Shown: positions 9,133 to 19,926 of the stretch, one piece after another
Position numbering within the stretch: position 1 is the stretch's first letter
How the letters are laid out: each line of letters begins with the position of its first letter
Assembly: GCA_965215275.1 (NCBI GenBank)
Contig: OZ244044.1
Span: forward strand, 560,855 to 624,854
DNA from: Thermodesulfobacteriota bacterium
GTDB taxonomy: Bacteria > Desulfobacterota_D > UBA1144 > Nemesobacterales > JAJCZQ01
Direction: 5' to 3'
DNA length: 64,000 nucleotides
Made by a program: the position numbers and the translations under genes
The notes under the pieces: model-generated
Database searches by the model: none
What the model was told of the DNA's origin: nothing
What the model saw: the letters and a program-made list of their open reading frames with translations, nothing else

Positions 9133-9492
9133 TCAGGAGATGTGTTTTGGAGGGGGTTTTGGTGGTATATGGATCAGAGATGCCAGTACGTCACTATCAA
9201 TTGAAAAGGACCGTTTGATCACCAAGGGAAGACTTATGCCTTCGCTTGGTTTCATAAAAAGAGAAGGGCTGGAGGAAATATGGGCACAGAAACATATTCC
9301 TTCGCAGTGCATGTTATCAGATTGCTGCTTCTCTTCAGTTTGGTGGCATGGGAAATTATCATCCATTGAAACTTCTTTGCTCACCGAGGATGAACTGTTC
9401 ATATCGTGCATGCATGGCTTATACCACGCAGACACGATGCTTGTGTTTGCAAGGAATAAGACTAACGATACAAAAACAAATACTTTCCTCAT
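9133..9492 (-). CDS. Small secreted Cys/His-rich protein (possible metal-binding accessory protein)
   Basis: Signal peptide MRKVFVFVSLVLFLANTSIVSA. Cys/His cluster HQTEEKQQSDNMHCEGICFCAH. It is co-oriented directly upstream of the OM barrel gene. Preferred over the overlapping + ORF 9071..9505, which lacks any feature. Confidence 0.3.
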   Translation of the reverse strand: MRKVFVFVSLVLFLANTSIVSAWYKPCMHDMNSSSSVSKEVSMDDNFPCHQTEEKQQSDNMHCEGICFCAHISSSPSLFMKPSEGISLPLVIKRSFSIDSDVLASLIHIPPKPPPKHIS

Positions 9493-9526
9493 AACATTAT
9501 TATAAACATATTAGTTTGAAAAATCA

Positions 9527-9781
9527 CTAACCATCGGAATCTTTATTGTGATCTGGGTTTCTGCCTTGATTCTTGCGGTAGGTAGCAAGCCGTTCAGCCT
9601 CTTTTTTCTTGGCTCCGTCTTTAGTCATCCGTCTTGATGTAACTTTCATGTGACCGAAATTCTTACCCTCTTTCCGATGCTGTCGCTCGCGTCTGTCTGG
9701 GTCATTGGTTGTGCCAACATAAAGAACCTTATTCCCTTGCTTTAATTCATAAGTAAACGTATCTCGTTTTTTCGCCATCAC
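9527..9781 (-). CDS. Mini GIY-YIG nuclease-domain protein (84 aa)
   Basis: TFTYELKQGNKVLYVGTTNDPDRRERQH fits the GIY-(x10)-YIG...R..xH core. The tail is lysine/arginine-rich. Confidence 0.45.
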   Translation of the reverse strand: MMAKKRDTFTYELKQGNKVLYVGTTNDPDRRERQHRKEGKNFGHMKVTSRRMTKDGAKKKEAERLATYRKNQGRNPDHNKDSDG

Positions 9782-10056
9782 AAAATTCTCCCAAATACGG
9801 TAATCATAACCTTGCAGGAGATAGGGACATCAAAGCCAAATCTCAATCTCCACTTGTCAGTGAAAAAAACGAATAAAATGGCATAATCTTGATCTTCCTG
9901 ATATTTGATTACAAAATTTTTATCATATCAACATATAATTATGGAACCTATAGGAATTATATATAATGTTACTCAAAATTTGATTTCTATAATAAGATAA
10001 AATATTATACAATGACAAGAGGTTAAAATATAAGAAATTAAAAAGATGAACAACCC

Positions 10057-10086
10057 TTCCACCCCCCCCCATCAACCCGGTATAAT
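10057..10086 (+). promoter_or_regulatory. Candidate promoter with a C9 homopolymer in or next to the spacer: poly-C 10062..10070, perfect TATAAT at 10081..10086, ~300 nt upstream of the defence operon
   Basis: Sequence ttccaccccccccc atcaacccgg TATAAT was read directly. The -35 is poor (TTCCAC). The surrounding 9.8..10.1 kb is very AT-rich. Confidence 0.3.
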
Positions 10087-10384
10087 ATAACAAAACACAG
10101 CTGGGGCACTGACTCATGCCCTTTAATAAGTAGCCGCCAGACGACCCCAGAAGTCGCTCCATTTTTCTTGGTAGATAATGACTTTCGCTGGCGTGTATGT
10201 GAGTACGACTGCAATCTTTCCTATTTTACTGACTTTGTTATCAACCGGGTATCCGAAGACCATAGTTTCAATGACCCGGAATACCATCTCTGGTTTAAGG
10301 TCCTCCAAGATCTCCGCAGCATAGAAAACCTGGTTATTGCTCCGGGCAGCAGCACGGACGAACAGGAACGACCAAAGGAGACCT

Positions 10385-13300
10385 ATGCTCAAATTTGAAG
10401 ACATTAAAAAAGACGCTCAAATCCGGGGTCTGGAAGGCGACAAGATCGTCCGGGTCGTCAGTTGTGAACTCGTTGGAACGGATGCCGTCAACATTTTCTA
10501 CGTAGACCCTGATGGTAAACCTGGAACCCAGATGCTGTTCCGTTCGGACGAGTCGCGGTTAGAACAGGCCAAAGCTGGTCGTCCCTGGTCATTTGATGCA
10601 CCGGGCGCTGAATTTAAACTCGGACTGGAAGCCTACCGCATCAGCCTGGCTCATCTGTTTGATCCGATGATGGCGGTACATACGTCCAGCATAGAACCGC
10701 TTCCTCATCAGATATCTGCAGTGTACGAGTCTATGCTGCCACGCCAGCCGCTGCGCTTTGTACTGGCCGATGATCCCGGCTCAGGTAAAACCATCATGAC
10801 CGGGCTTTACATTCGTGAACTGCTGATGCGCTCGGATGCAAAACGCATTCTTATAGTCTCGCCTGGTTTCCTGTCAGAGCAGTGGCAGGATGAACTGCTG
10901 GAAAAATTCGGCCTTCACTTCGAAATATTCAGCCGCGAGAAACAGGAACAATGTGCATCAGGTAACTTCTTCGAAGAGCAGAATCAGCTCATTGCCCGAC
11001 TGGATCAGTTATCCCGCAACAATGACTATCAGGAAAAACTCAAAGTCACCGACTGGGACCTGATCGTGGTGGATGAGGCACACAAGATGTCCGCCCATTA
11101 CTTCGGCAGCACGGTCAAAGAAACCCGCAGGTTCAAACTGGGCAAATTGCTGGGTTCCATAACACGGCATTACCTGCTGGTAACAGCCACCCCGCACAAC
11201 GGCAAGGAAGAAGACTTTCAGTTGTTCATGTCTCTGCTGGATGGCGACCGTTTTTACGGTAAATTCCGTGAAGGTGCACACAAGGTCGACATCGACGACA
11301 TGATGCGCCGCATGGTCAAAGAAAACCTGCGCAAATTCGATGGCACCCCGCTATTTCCTGAGCGCAGAGCCTATACGGCCAATTACGAACTCTCCGATCA
11401 GGAAGCAGCACTTTATGACGATGTGACAGAATACGTGCGCGAAGAAATGAACCGGGCAGACAAACTCGACGATAAGAAGAAAAACACCGTCGGTTTTGCA
11501 CTGACCCAGTTGCAACGCCGCCTGGCATCCAGCCCAGAGTCCATATATCAATCCCTCAAGCGCCGCCACAGAAAGCTGGAAGACCAACTCAAAGAGATGA
11601 AACTGGTCGCCAGGGGTCGATCGATCAATAAAAAGGGGGTTGCTGAAACCCTGGATGAATATGTCGTCAGAAAGCAGATAGATGTTCCCGACAATCTCGA
11701 CGAAGCCTACGATGAACTTACCGGCGAAGAATACGAAACTTTTGCTGAAGAAGTAGTGGACCAGTCCACCGCTGCTGCCACCATTCCAGAACTCGAAGCC
11801 GAGATCAGTATTTTGAAGAAACTGGAGCCCAAGGCGCACGAGGTCGTGCAATCTGGCAGCGACAAAAAATGGGAGGAGCTTTCCAGCCTGTTACAGGACT
11901 CTCCGGAAATGGGTATCAGCGTCCCACGGAACAAATCAGGTAATCGACTTAAACTAATCATCTTCACGGAATACAGAGATACTCTGACCTATCTGGTAGA
12001 CCGCATAAGAGGTTTGATCGGCCGCCCCGAGTCCGTGGTATCCATACAGGGCGGAACCAACCGTGATGACCGGCGCAAAATACAGGAAGAGTTCCGCAAC
12101 AATCCCGATGTACTGATCATGGTTGCCACCGATGCTGCTGGTGAAGGTGTGAACCTGCAAAATGCCCATCTGATGGTCAACTACGACCTGCCGTGGAATC
12201 CCAATCGCCTGGAGCAGCGTTTTGGTCGCATCCACCGTATCGGTCAAACTGAGGTCTGTCACCTCTGGAACATTGTCGCAGCCAAGACCCGCGAAGGTGC
12301 GGTATTTCAAAAACTGCTGGACAAACTGGACGTGGAGCGCGAAGCACTGGGTGGCAAAGTTTTCGATATTCTGGGTGAAGCCTTTGAAAATATCTCACTC
12401 AAGGATTTGTTGCTGGAAGCTATCCGCTATGGAGAGCAGCCAGAGGTCAAAGCCAAACTCTATAAGGTTATTGATAACGCACTGGACACCGCCCATCTGA
12501 AAGAGATTATTAAACGTAACGCACTGGTAGAGCAAAGCATCGGACTTGATCAGTTCTACGCAGTTAAAGAAGAGATGGAAAAGGCAGAGGCACGCAAGCT
12601 GCAGCCCTATTTCATCCGAGCCTTTTTTACCGAGGCCTTCGGTACCCTCGGTGGCAAGATGCACAACAGGGAAACCGGCCGCTTTGAAATCCGCCATGTG
12701 CCCGCATCCATTCGCGAGCGTGATCGGGTAATCGGTGAAACCCTCACCCCTGTACTGAAAAAATACGAACGCGTCTGTTTCGAGAAACAACACCTGAGCA
12801 TTCAAGGTAAGCCCATGGCCGACTTACTGCACCCGGGTCATCCGCTCATGCAATCAGTAACCGATATAGTACTTGAAGCACACAGAAAAAAACTGAAACA
12901 AGGTTCGGTGCTAGTTGACCCCAATGATAACGGCATTGAGCCAAAAGTACTCTTCATGATCGACCACAGCCTGCGTCAAAGTGTCAATGGAACAAGGAGC
13001 GGAAAAGATGTTGTCGTTTCCCGTCGATTGCAGTTTGTCGAAATTAATCAGCACGAAGAGGTCGTTAATGCAGGCTGGGCACCTCACCTTGATCTGCAGC
13101 CTATCGATGACAACGACCATGGTCTGGTTAAGGATGTTTTAGACGCACCATGGATCACCGACAACCTTGAAACACTGGCACTCAAGCATGCGTCAACCCA
13201 CCTAGTGCCAGAACACTATCAAGAGGTAAAAACACGACGCGAGGAACAAGTCGATAAGATCCATGCCGCTGTACGTGAACGCCTGGTTAAAGAGATCGGC

Positions 13301-13963
13301 TACTGGTCCGGGCGTTATATAAAACTCTCTGATGACGTTAAGGCTGGAAAGCAGCCACGTGTGCAGCCCGAGATGGCCAAGCGGCGATATGAAGAACTCA
13401 CCGCCAGGCTAGAACAACGGGAGAAAGAACTCATCGCCATGCGCAGCGTGGTTTCCGGCAGTCCAGTCGTAATAGGTGGCAGCCTGATCATCCCGCAGGG
13501 CATGCTGGCACAGCACAAAGGTGAGACCAATTTCACTGCTGATGCAGCCTCTCGTTCCCGTATTGAGCAAATCGCCATGGATGCCGTCATTAAAACGGAA
13601 AAAGCCTTTGGACATGAAGTCAAGAACATTGCAGCGGACAAATGCGGCTGGGACGTCACCGCAAGACCACCTGCTGTTAACGGCAAGCTGCTGGAGGACC
13701 GACATATTGAGGTCAAAGGCAGAGCTAAAGGCCAGAGCACAATAACGGTAAGCCGTAATGAGATCATATATGGGCTAAATCAAGCCGAAAAATTCATCCT
13801 GGCCATTGTGATCGTAGACGGCGATAGCTATGAAGAACCTTACTACATCAAATATCCGTTTTCTCAGGAACCGGGTTTTGGGGTGGCGAGTATCACTTTC
13901 GACCTAAAGGACTTGATATCCAAGGCAGTGGCACCAGAACAAACATTACAGGTGGTGGAATAA
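10385..13963 (+). CDS. SNF2/SWI2-family helicase with C-terminal DUF3883 (restriction-endonuclease-like) domain; first gene of the candidate defence operon
   Basis: Motif [15 protein letters not shown], motif [19 protein letters not shown], and the helicase-C block [16 protein letters not shown]...[22 protein letters not shown]. The C-terminus CGWDVTAR...[10 protein letters not shown]...ITVSRNEI...ILAIVIVDG is typical of DUF3883. GGAG RBS aaaggagacctATG at 10385. The track start 10337 adds 16 aa with no RBS. Confidence 0.8.
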   Translation: MLKFEDIKKDAQIRGLEGDKIVRVVSCELVGTDAVNIFYVDPDGKPGTQMLFRSDESRLEQAKAGRPWSFDAPGAEFKLGLEAYRISLAHLFDPMMAVHTSSIEPLPHQISAVYESMLPRQPLRFVLADDPGSGKTIMTGLYIRELLMRSDAKRILIVSPGFLSEQWQDELLEKFGLHFEIFSREKQEQCASGNFFEEQNQLIARLDQLSRNNDYQEKLKVTDWDLIVVDEAHKMSAHYFGSTVKETRRFKLGKLLGSITRHYLLVTATPHNGKEEDFQLFMSLLDGDRFYGKFREGAHKVDIDDMMRRMVKENLRKFDGTPLFPERRAYTANYELSDQEAALYDDVTEYVREEMNRADKLDDKKKNTVGFALTQLQRRLASSPESIYQSLKRRHRKLEDQLKEMKLVARGRSINKKGVAETLDEYVVRKQIDVPDNLDEAYDELTGEEYETFAEEVVDQSTAAATIPELEAEISILKKLEPKAHEVVQSGSDKKWEELSSLLQDSPEMGISVPRNKSGNRLKLIIFTEYRDTLTYLVDRIRGLIGRPESVVSIQGGTNRDDRRKIQEEFRNNPDVLIMVATDAAGEGVNLQNAHLMVNYDLPWNPNRLEQRFGRIHRIGQTEVCHLWNIVAAKTREGAVFQKLLDKLDVEREALGGKVFDILGEAFENISLKDLLLEAIRYGEQPEVKAKLYKVIDNALDTAHLKEIIKRNALVEQSIGLDQFYAVKEEMEKAEARKLQPYFIRAFFTEAFGTLGGKMHNRETGRFEIRHVPASIRERDRVIGETLTPVLKKYERVCFEKQHLSIQGKPMADLLHPGHPLMQSVTDIVLEAHRKKLKQGSVLVDPNDNGIEPKVLFMIDHSLRQSVNGTRSGKDVVVSRRLQFVEINQHEEVVNAGWAPHLDLQPIDDNDHGLVKDVLDAPWITDNLETLALKHASTHLVPEHYQEVKTRREEQVDKIHAAVRERLVKEIGYWSGRYIKLSDDVKAGKQPRVQPEMAKRRYEELTARLEQREKELIAMRSVVSGSPVVIGGSLIIPQGMLAQHKGETNFTADAASRSRIEQIAMDAVIKTEKAFGHEVKNIAADKCGWDVTARPPAVNGKLLEDRHIEVKGRAKGQSTITVSRNEIIYGLNQAEKFILAIVIVDGDSYEEPYYIKYPFSQEPGFGVASITFDLKDLISKAVAPEQTLQVVE

Positions 13964-16819
13964 ATGAGCACAAAAATTAAAACTCCAAAGAAACTCATTG
14001 AGGTGGCACTGCCATTAGATGATATTAGTTCAGCAAGTATTAAGGAAAAAAACGGATCCATAAAAGGGCATCCACGTGCACTTCATTTATGGTGGGCAAG
14101 ACGACCTTTGGCAGCAGCCAGGTCCATTCTGTTTGCACAACTGGTAAACGACCCTGGTGGATCATGTGGACATTATCCAGGTATGACGAAGGAAAAAGCC
14201 AGGATAGAGCGCGAAAGACTGTTTGATATCATGAGGCAATTAGCCAAATGGGAAAACATTAATAACGATGATCTTCTAAAAACCGCTCGACAGGAAATAC
14301 TGAAAAGTTGGGCCTCAACATGCAAAATAACAGGTGACGATCCAAATGTTATGCCTCCGGTCCTTGATCCTTTTGCCGGTGGTCATTCCATACCGATCGA
14401 AGCACAGAGATTAGGATTAAAGACCCTAGGTACTGACCTAAACCCGGTAGCAGTTACCATTGGCAAAGCATTAATTGAAGTTCCTGCCCGTTTCCATGAC
14501 AAGGAACCCATTGGTCCTCTTCCTGAAGGTTTAAAACAAAATGATCTACTCGACCAATGGAGTGGCACACAGGGTTTGTCCGAGGATATAAAAAGGTACG
14601 GCACGATGCTTTATGATCTGGCAAAGCAGAAGATCGGTCATCTTTATCCAGCCATAAAACTGCCTAAAGAACTTGGTTCAACTGAATCTAGCGTTATAGC
14701 ATGGATCTGGGCCAAGACAACTAAGTGTCCTAATCCAGCTTGTGGTGCAGAAGTGCCATTAATCAGGTCATTCGAACTTTCTGAAAAGAAAGGAAAAAAG
14801 GCAAGAATAGAGGCCGTGATAAACAGAGACACCGATCCTCCATCAATTTCTTTTAAGGTCCATATGGACGATCAGCCCGCCGAAGCAAGAAACATAAGCA
14901 GAGCAGGTGCGAAATGCCTGTGTTGTGGTTCTCTTGTACCACTGAAGAGTATTAAAAAACATGGTAAAGAAGGGGGCATCGGTACTCGACTTATCGCTAC
15001 TGTGTGTAATACAGAAAGTGGCCGAGTTTATGTGACACCAGACGCAACACAGGAAGAAACAGCTAAATCCGTTTCACCTCATAATTATCCTTATGATTAT
15101 CCTTCATCACAATTACCTGATAAAGCTATAAGTTTCAATGTCCAAATTTATGGCATTACCAGACACTCACAACTGTTTACAGATAGACAATTACTGCTAT
15201 TGGGGACTTTGTTCGAACTCCTTACTGATATTAGAGAACAGGTCTTAAAAGATGCAATAAGCAGTGGTTTTGAGCATGGGAATAGACTTTCAGAAGGTGG
15301 AACCGGTGCTGAAGCTTACGCTGATGCTATTATACTTTATCTTTCACTTTCTATTTCCCAATGCACGAGTTATCACTGTATAAATGCTCGTTGGGTAAAA
15401 CATAGCCAGCGTATTGCTCATGCCTTCGGACGCCAAGCAATCGTCATGAGTTGGGATTTTGCCGAGAGCAACCCTTTTTATGGACCTTTAACCATTACCA
15501 CTGCAGTCAAGCGGGTAGCTTCATCTTTGGCGAACGTGGACCCATATACATGTGGTTCGGTTTCACAACGAAATGCTAATAGTAATAACGACAAATTAAA
15601 GGACGTGATAATTTCTACCGACCCACCATACTATAACAACATTGGGTATGCAAACCTGTCTGACTTTTTTTACGTGTGGCTTCGCCTTGGGTTAAGAGAT
15701 GTTTTTCCAAGACTTTACTCAACCATTACAGTCCCAAAATCAGATGAATTAGTTGCTGAACCATATAGACATGGAGGCAAAAAGAATGCTGAATCCTTTT
15801 TTTTGGAAGGAATGACCGGAGCCATGTCAAATATGGCAGAGATATCCCATCCCGCATTCCCAGTAACAATTTACTACGGCTTTAAACAGTCCGAATCAAG
15901 TTCGGCAGGAACTGCTTCAACCGGATGGGATACCTTCTTGCAAGCCGTCATTTCTGCAGGTTTTACCATTACCGGAACATGGCCACTTAAGACGGAGAGT
16001 CCCACAAGGCTTCTGAGCCAAGGAACTAATACATTAACCTCATCTATCGTATTGGTATGTCGAAAAAGATCTACACACACCGAAGCAATTTCCAGACGTC
16101 AATTCCAGAGGGAATTACGTGAGGAGATGTCTGAAGCATTAGAAGAAATGATCGGTGGAAGCGAAGGCTCATCGCCAGTAGCTCCCGTAGATCTGGCACA
16201 AGCCGCAATTGGTCCTGGCATGGCAATCTTCTCCAGATACTCAGCGATCTTGAACCAAGATGGCTCACCTATGACCGTTCATGAAGCCTTAATTTTAATT
16301 AATCGAGAGATCACTGAATATCTAAACCCTGAAAGCGGCAGGTTTGATGAAGATACCTTGTTTTGCTCTTCATGGTTTGATCAGTACGGCTGGTCAGAGG
16401 GTAAATTCGGAGAAGCCGACACCTTGGCTCGAGCAAAGGGTACGTCCGTAGATGGCGTAAGGGATGCTGGTGTAATAGAATCAGGAGCTGGAAAAGTTCG
16501 ATTATACCGCTGGGAAGAGTATCCAGCAGAGTGGAACCCTTATCAAGACAATCGCACTCCCGTTTGGGAGGCACTCCATCATATAATCCGTGTCCTTAAC
16601 CAAAAAAGTGAATCAGATGCAGGTTTTTTACTTGCTCGTATGCCAGAGCGTGGTGAATCCATTCGCCAGCTTGCTTATCACCTCTACACACTATGTGAGC
16701 GTAAGAACTGGGCTGAGGAAGCCAGGGCTTATAACGAGTTAATTTCTGCCTGGCATGACATTGTCGCTGCATCACACAACGTTGGACATATCGGATCGCA
16801 AACCGAACTTGAGATTTAA
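13964..16819 (+). CDS. DUF1156 (COG1743) Zn-ribbon-containing DNA methyltransferase (N6-adenine/N4-cytosine type)
   Basis: N-terminus PKKLIEVALPLDDISSASIKEKNGSIKGHPRALHLWWARRPLAAARSILFAQL is the DUF1156 signature. SAM motif VLDPFAGGHSIPIEAQRLGL. Catalytic motif IV VIISTDPPYYNNIGYANLSDFFYVW. Zn-ribbon CPNPACGAEVP...CLCCGSLV. Its ATG abuts the stop of the helicase (gaaTAAATGagc). Confidence 0.8.
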   Translation: MSTKIKTPKKLIEVALPLDDISSASIKEKNGSIKGHPRALHLWWARRPLAAARSILFAQLVNDPGGSCGHYPGMTKEKARIERERLFDIMRQLAKWENINNDDLLKTARQEILKSWASTCKITGDDPNVMPPVLDPFAGGHSIPIEAQRLGLKTLGTDLNPVAVTIGKALIEVPARFHDKEPIGPLPEGLKQNDLLDQWSGTQGLSEDIKRYGTMLYDLAKQKIGHLYPAIKLPKELGSTESSVIAWIWAKTTKCPNPACGAEVPLIRSFELSEKKGKKARIEAVINRDTDPPSISFKVHMDDQPAEARNISRAGAKCLCCGSLVPLKSIKKHGKEGGIGTRLIATVCNTESGRVYVTPDATQEETAKSVSPHNYPYDYPSSQLPDKAISFNVQIYGITRHSQLFTDRQLLLLGTLFELLTDIREQVLKDAISSGFEHGNRLSEGGTGAEAYADAIILYLSLSISQCTSYHCINARWVKHSQRIAHAFGRQAIVMSWDFAESNPFYGPLTITTAVKRVASSLANVDPYTCGSVSQRNANSNNDKLKDVIISTDPPYYNNIGYANLSDFFYVWLRLGLRDVFPRLYSTITVPKSDELVAEPYRHGGKKNAESFFLEGMTGAMSNMAEISHPAFPVTIYYGFKQSESSSAGTASTGWDTFLQAVISAGFTITGTWPLKTESPTRLLSQGTNTLTSSIVLVCRKRSTHTEAISRRQFQRELREEMSEALEEMIGGSEGSSPVAPVDLAQAAIGPGMAIFSRYSAILNQDGSPMTVHEALILINREITEYLNPESGRFDEDTLFCSSWFDQYGWSEGKFGEADTLARAKGTSVDGVRDAGVIESGAGKVRLYRWEEYPAEWNPYQDNRTPVWEALHHIIRVLNQKSESDAGFLLARMPERGESIRQLAYHLYTLCERKNWAEEARAYNELISAWHDIVAASHNVGHIGSQTELEI

Positions 16820-16834
16820 AGGAGGATAAGAACA

Positions 16835-19669
16835 ATGACGATCAAACCCTGGCGTGAAATTATAAAACCTCACAAAGATGTGCTCGAGGGTACGTTCAAG
16901 CAATCTGAATTTGCAGCCGATATCTCTCAGGTGGCCTCCTGTACAGCAACCGATGAATACCAAGACCCAGAGAAGTTCTTTGCCCGCACATTCATTACGG
17001 AGGGCATGCGCCTGTTATTAATTTCCGTTGCTCAGCGACTGGCTGGTCAGGGTGGCGACCCTGTTATACAACTGCAAACCGCTTTTGGTGGTGGCAAGAC
17101 CCATACCATGCTGGCCGTGTTCCATATGGCTGATCGAAAAGTCAGCACCGATAAACTGGCAGGTATCCCTACTGTCCTTGATGAAGCAGGTATTTCTCAA
17201 TTGCCTCGTGCCAAGGTCGCCGTACTGGATGGTATTAAACTCTCCCCAAGCCAACCGCTTGATCACGATGGCCTGACCGTTAATACCCTGTGGGGTGAAC
17301 TGGCCTGCCAACTTCTAGGCAAAGCTGGATATAACAAAGTAGCACAAGCGGATCAGGATGGAACATCACCAGGTAAAGACGTTCTGGTGGATCTGCTGAA
17401 CGAAGCATCTCCATGTGTGGTACTGATCGATGAACTCGTTGCTTTCATCCGTCAGTTCGATATTGGTAAGCAGTTCAATGCCGGAACTTTCGACAGCAAT
17501 ATCTCGTTCATCCAGGCACTCACTGAAGCTATGAAATCGGTTCCTGATGCCATTCTTTTAGCCTCCCTACCCGCGTCTGATCTTGAGGTCGGTGGTAACA
17601 TGGGTCAAAGAGCATTGAACTCTCTTGAGCAATATTTTGCACGTGTGGAATCCGTCTGGAAACCGGTTGCCACCGAAGAAGCTTTTGAGATCGTCAGACG
17701 CCGTCTGTTCGATACCGTTGACGACAGCACTGAACTTGAAAACGTATGTAAGCGTTTCGCTGATCTCTACCGGGACAACAGCGACAAGTTCCCATCGGAT
17801 ACCCAGTCCAGTCACTATCAGGACCGACTACGTCAGTCCTATCCTATTCATCCGGAAATCTTTGACCGGCTGTATGAAGACTGGTCCACACTGGATAAAT
17901 TCCAGCGTACCCGTGGCGTATTGCAATACATGGCAATAGTTATCCATCACCTGTGGAATTCTGACAACCGTGACGCACTCATCATGCCTGGTTCTATTCC
18001 AATGTATGACGACAATGTAAGAACCAAGAGCATTCATTATCTGCCGCAGGGATGGGAACCTGTTATTGAGAAAGAAATTGATGGACCAAGATCAGAACCC
18101 TTTAATATTGACGGTCATGACACCCGGTTTGGCAGCGTACAGGCTGCTCGTCGTGCCGCACGTACTATTTTCCTTGGCAGTGCGCCATCGACTGGTGACC
18201 AGATGATCCGCGGGATCAAGGCAGATCAAATCCTGCTGGGAACTTTGCAGCCGGGACAGACGGCTGGTGTATTTGAAGACGTCCTGCGCCGCTTACGTGA
18301 CCGATTGCACCACCTCTACTCGAAAGAGGAGCGTTTATGGTTCGATACCAAACCGAACCTTCGGCGCGAAATGGAAAGCCGTAAGCAAAATATCAATGAT
18401 CAGAAGGAGGTACAACCACAACTCAAGGCTCGGGTCACCGGAGTCTTTGGGCGTAATAATTCCTTTGCCGGTATCCATGTATTCACACCATCCGCTGATG
18501 TGCCGGACGAATGGGGAACTGGTCCAAGGCTGGTCGTACTGTCACCAAGATCATCATACAGCCGTGGTGATGATGACAATATGGCCTGTGCTACCGAAGA
18601 GATACTACACAAACGTGGTGAACATCCCCGTCAGAAACAGAACCGTTTGATCTTCCTTGCTCCAGACTACGACGTTGTTAGCCGGTTAAGTGATCAGGCA
18701 AGAACCTATCTGGCATGGAAATCCATCCTTGATGATTTCCAGTCGGATAAACTGGTCTATCAAAGTAATCAGCTTGCCGAGGTTAAACGTGCCGTAGAAG
18801 GTGCCGAGCAAACGCTTCAGCGATTAGTCCGTGAAACCTACAAATGGCTGATCTGCCCCGTTGTGGAAGAACCCGTCCGTGGCAAACAACCACTTAAGTG
18901 GGAGACCATCTTGGTATCCCCCACCGCACAGAACCTTGTGCAGGAGATCGAAAACAAACTCCGCGAAGAAGATTGGCTGATATCAGAATGGTCACCCATA
19001 CACCTACGCAACATACTAAACAAGTGGTATTTCAAGGATGGCGTCACAGAGGTCAGTGCACTTAAGGTTTACCAAGACTGCTGCAATTACCTCTATTTGC
19101 CCCGACTACAAAATGACCAAGTGTTAAAGCGTTCCATTGAGCAAGGGCTGAAAACGGAAGACTTCTTTGGTTTCGCAAGAGGCAAGGAAGAAGGCAAATA
19201 CCTCGGATTTGTCTTTGGTAACAACACCATGGTTACTCTGGATGATTCAGAATTACTAATAGAACGTGATGCTGCCGCTGCGTACAAAGAAAGTATTAAG
19301 CCGCCACAGTCAGAACCAGATACCACGGGAGGTAGTGATCAGCCTGATAATACTATTCCACCAAGCGGAGGAACTGCCTCACAACCTGGAGATAAAGTAT
19401 CAGCAAAACCTACTCCGGGAGCAATGGTTAAAAAAGAGTTTTATGGCACGACCACGCTGGAACCTGTCGGTGCAACCATGGAGTTTCAGAAAATCGTGGA
19501 TGAAGTGGTCCAGCAATTTACTTCGAAACTGGGTGTTGAGGTCACAATTACAGTATATATCACAGCTAAATCCCGTGATGGTTTTGATGAATCCATGCAA
19601 CGTTCGATCAAGGAAAACTGTAACGTGCTCCAGTTCAGTAGTGCGGAATTTGAGGAAGGTGAGCAATAA
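16835..19669 (+). CDS. DUF499 (COG1483) AAA+ ATPase
   Basis: N-terminus [33 protein letters not shown]...[15 protein letters not shown] is the DUF499 signature. Walker [15 protein letters not shown] and Walker [15 protein letters not shown] aaggaggataagaacaATG. Confidence 0.8.
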   Translation: MTIKPWREIIKPHKDVLEGTFKQSEFAADISQVASCTATDEYQDPEKFFARTFITEGMRLLLISVAQRLAGQGGDPVIQLQTAFGGGKTHTMLAVFHMADRKVSTDKLAGIPTVLDEAGISQLPRAKVAVLDGIKLSPSQPLDHDGLTVNTLWGELACQLLGKAGYNKVAQADQDGTSPGKDVLVDLLNEASPCVVLIDELVAFIRQFDIGKQFNAGTFDSNISFIQALTEAMKSVPDAILLASLPASDLEVGGNMGQRALNSLEQYFARVESVWKPVATEEAFEIVRRRLFDTVDDSTELENVCKRFADLYRDNSDKFPSDTQSSHYQDRLRQSYPIHPEIFDRLYEDWSTLDKFQRTRGVLQYMAIVIHHLWNSDNRDALIMPGSIPMYDDNVRTKSIHYLPQGWEPVIEKEIDGPRSEPFNIDGHDTRFGSVQAARRAARTIFLGSAPSTGDQMIRGIKADQILLGTLQPGQTAGVFEDVLRRLRDRLHHLYSKEERLWFDTKPNLRREMESRKQNINDQKEVQPQLKARVTGVFGRNNSFAGIHVFTPSADVPDEWGTGPRLVVLSPRSSYSRGDDDNMACATEEILHKRGEHPRQKQNRLIFLAPDYDVVSRLSDQARTYLAWKSILDDFQSDKLVYQSNQLAEVKRAVEGAEQTLQRLVRETYKWLICPVVEEPVRGKQPLKWETILVSPTAQNLVQEIENKLREEDWLISEWSPIHLRNILNKWYFKDGVTEVSALKVYQDCCNYLYLPRLQNDQVLKRSIEQGLKTEDFFGFARGKEEGKYLGFVFGNNTMVTLDDSELLIERDAAAAYKESIKPPQSEPDTTGGSDQPDNTIPPSGGTASQPGDKVSAKPTPGAMVKKEFYGTTTLEPVGATMEFQKIVDEVVQQFTSKLGVEVTITVYITAKSRDGFDESMQRSIKENCNVLQFSSAEFEEGEQ

Positions 19670-19926
19670 TTGACTTTGCCTCGCTCTTAAATACTACAGA
19701 CAAGATCAATAAGGTGGATAAAATCACAAAAAAGCCGTTTAGCAGACAGGAGCAAAGGAACCAAAGTTTATTTGTTTTACAAATACACATAAATTAGAAT
19801 CAAAGAGAACATCTCCTCCACCATTACTGGAACTGTTAATATTCTATACAAGTGCACATCATGTTCTGGGATTGAGCATGGTAAAAACAATGAAAGACAC
19901 AGATAATCAGCAGTAAAGAGAATAGT

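Noticed and set aside
9071-9505. 144-aa plus-strand ORF
   Set aside because: It overlaps a minus-strand ORF that has a clear signal peptide and sits in operon context. The plus ORF has no features.
10337-10384. Extended N-terminus of the SNF2 helicase (track start 10337, [16 protein letters not shown]...)
   Set aside because: The GGAG RBS sits 7 nt upstream of ATG 10385, and homology begins at MLKFEDIKK. The extension has no RBS.
10123-10404. 93-aa minus-strand ORF and 76-aa plus-strand ORF in the leader, overlapping the helicase start
   Set aside because: No motif, no RBS and no start context. They overlap the well-supported helicase start at 10385. Possibly a remnant of an older gene, which cannot be supported from the sequence.
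15797-15804. T8 run inside the DUF1156 gene as a possible slippage site
   Set aside because: It is in frame and shorter than typical contingency tracts, so it is probably just codon composition.
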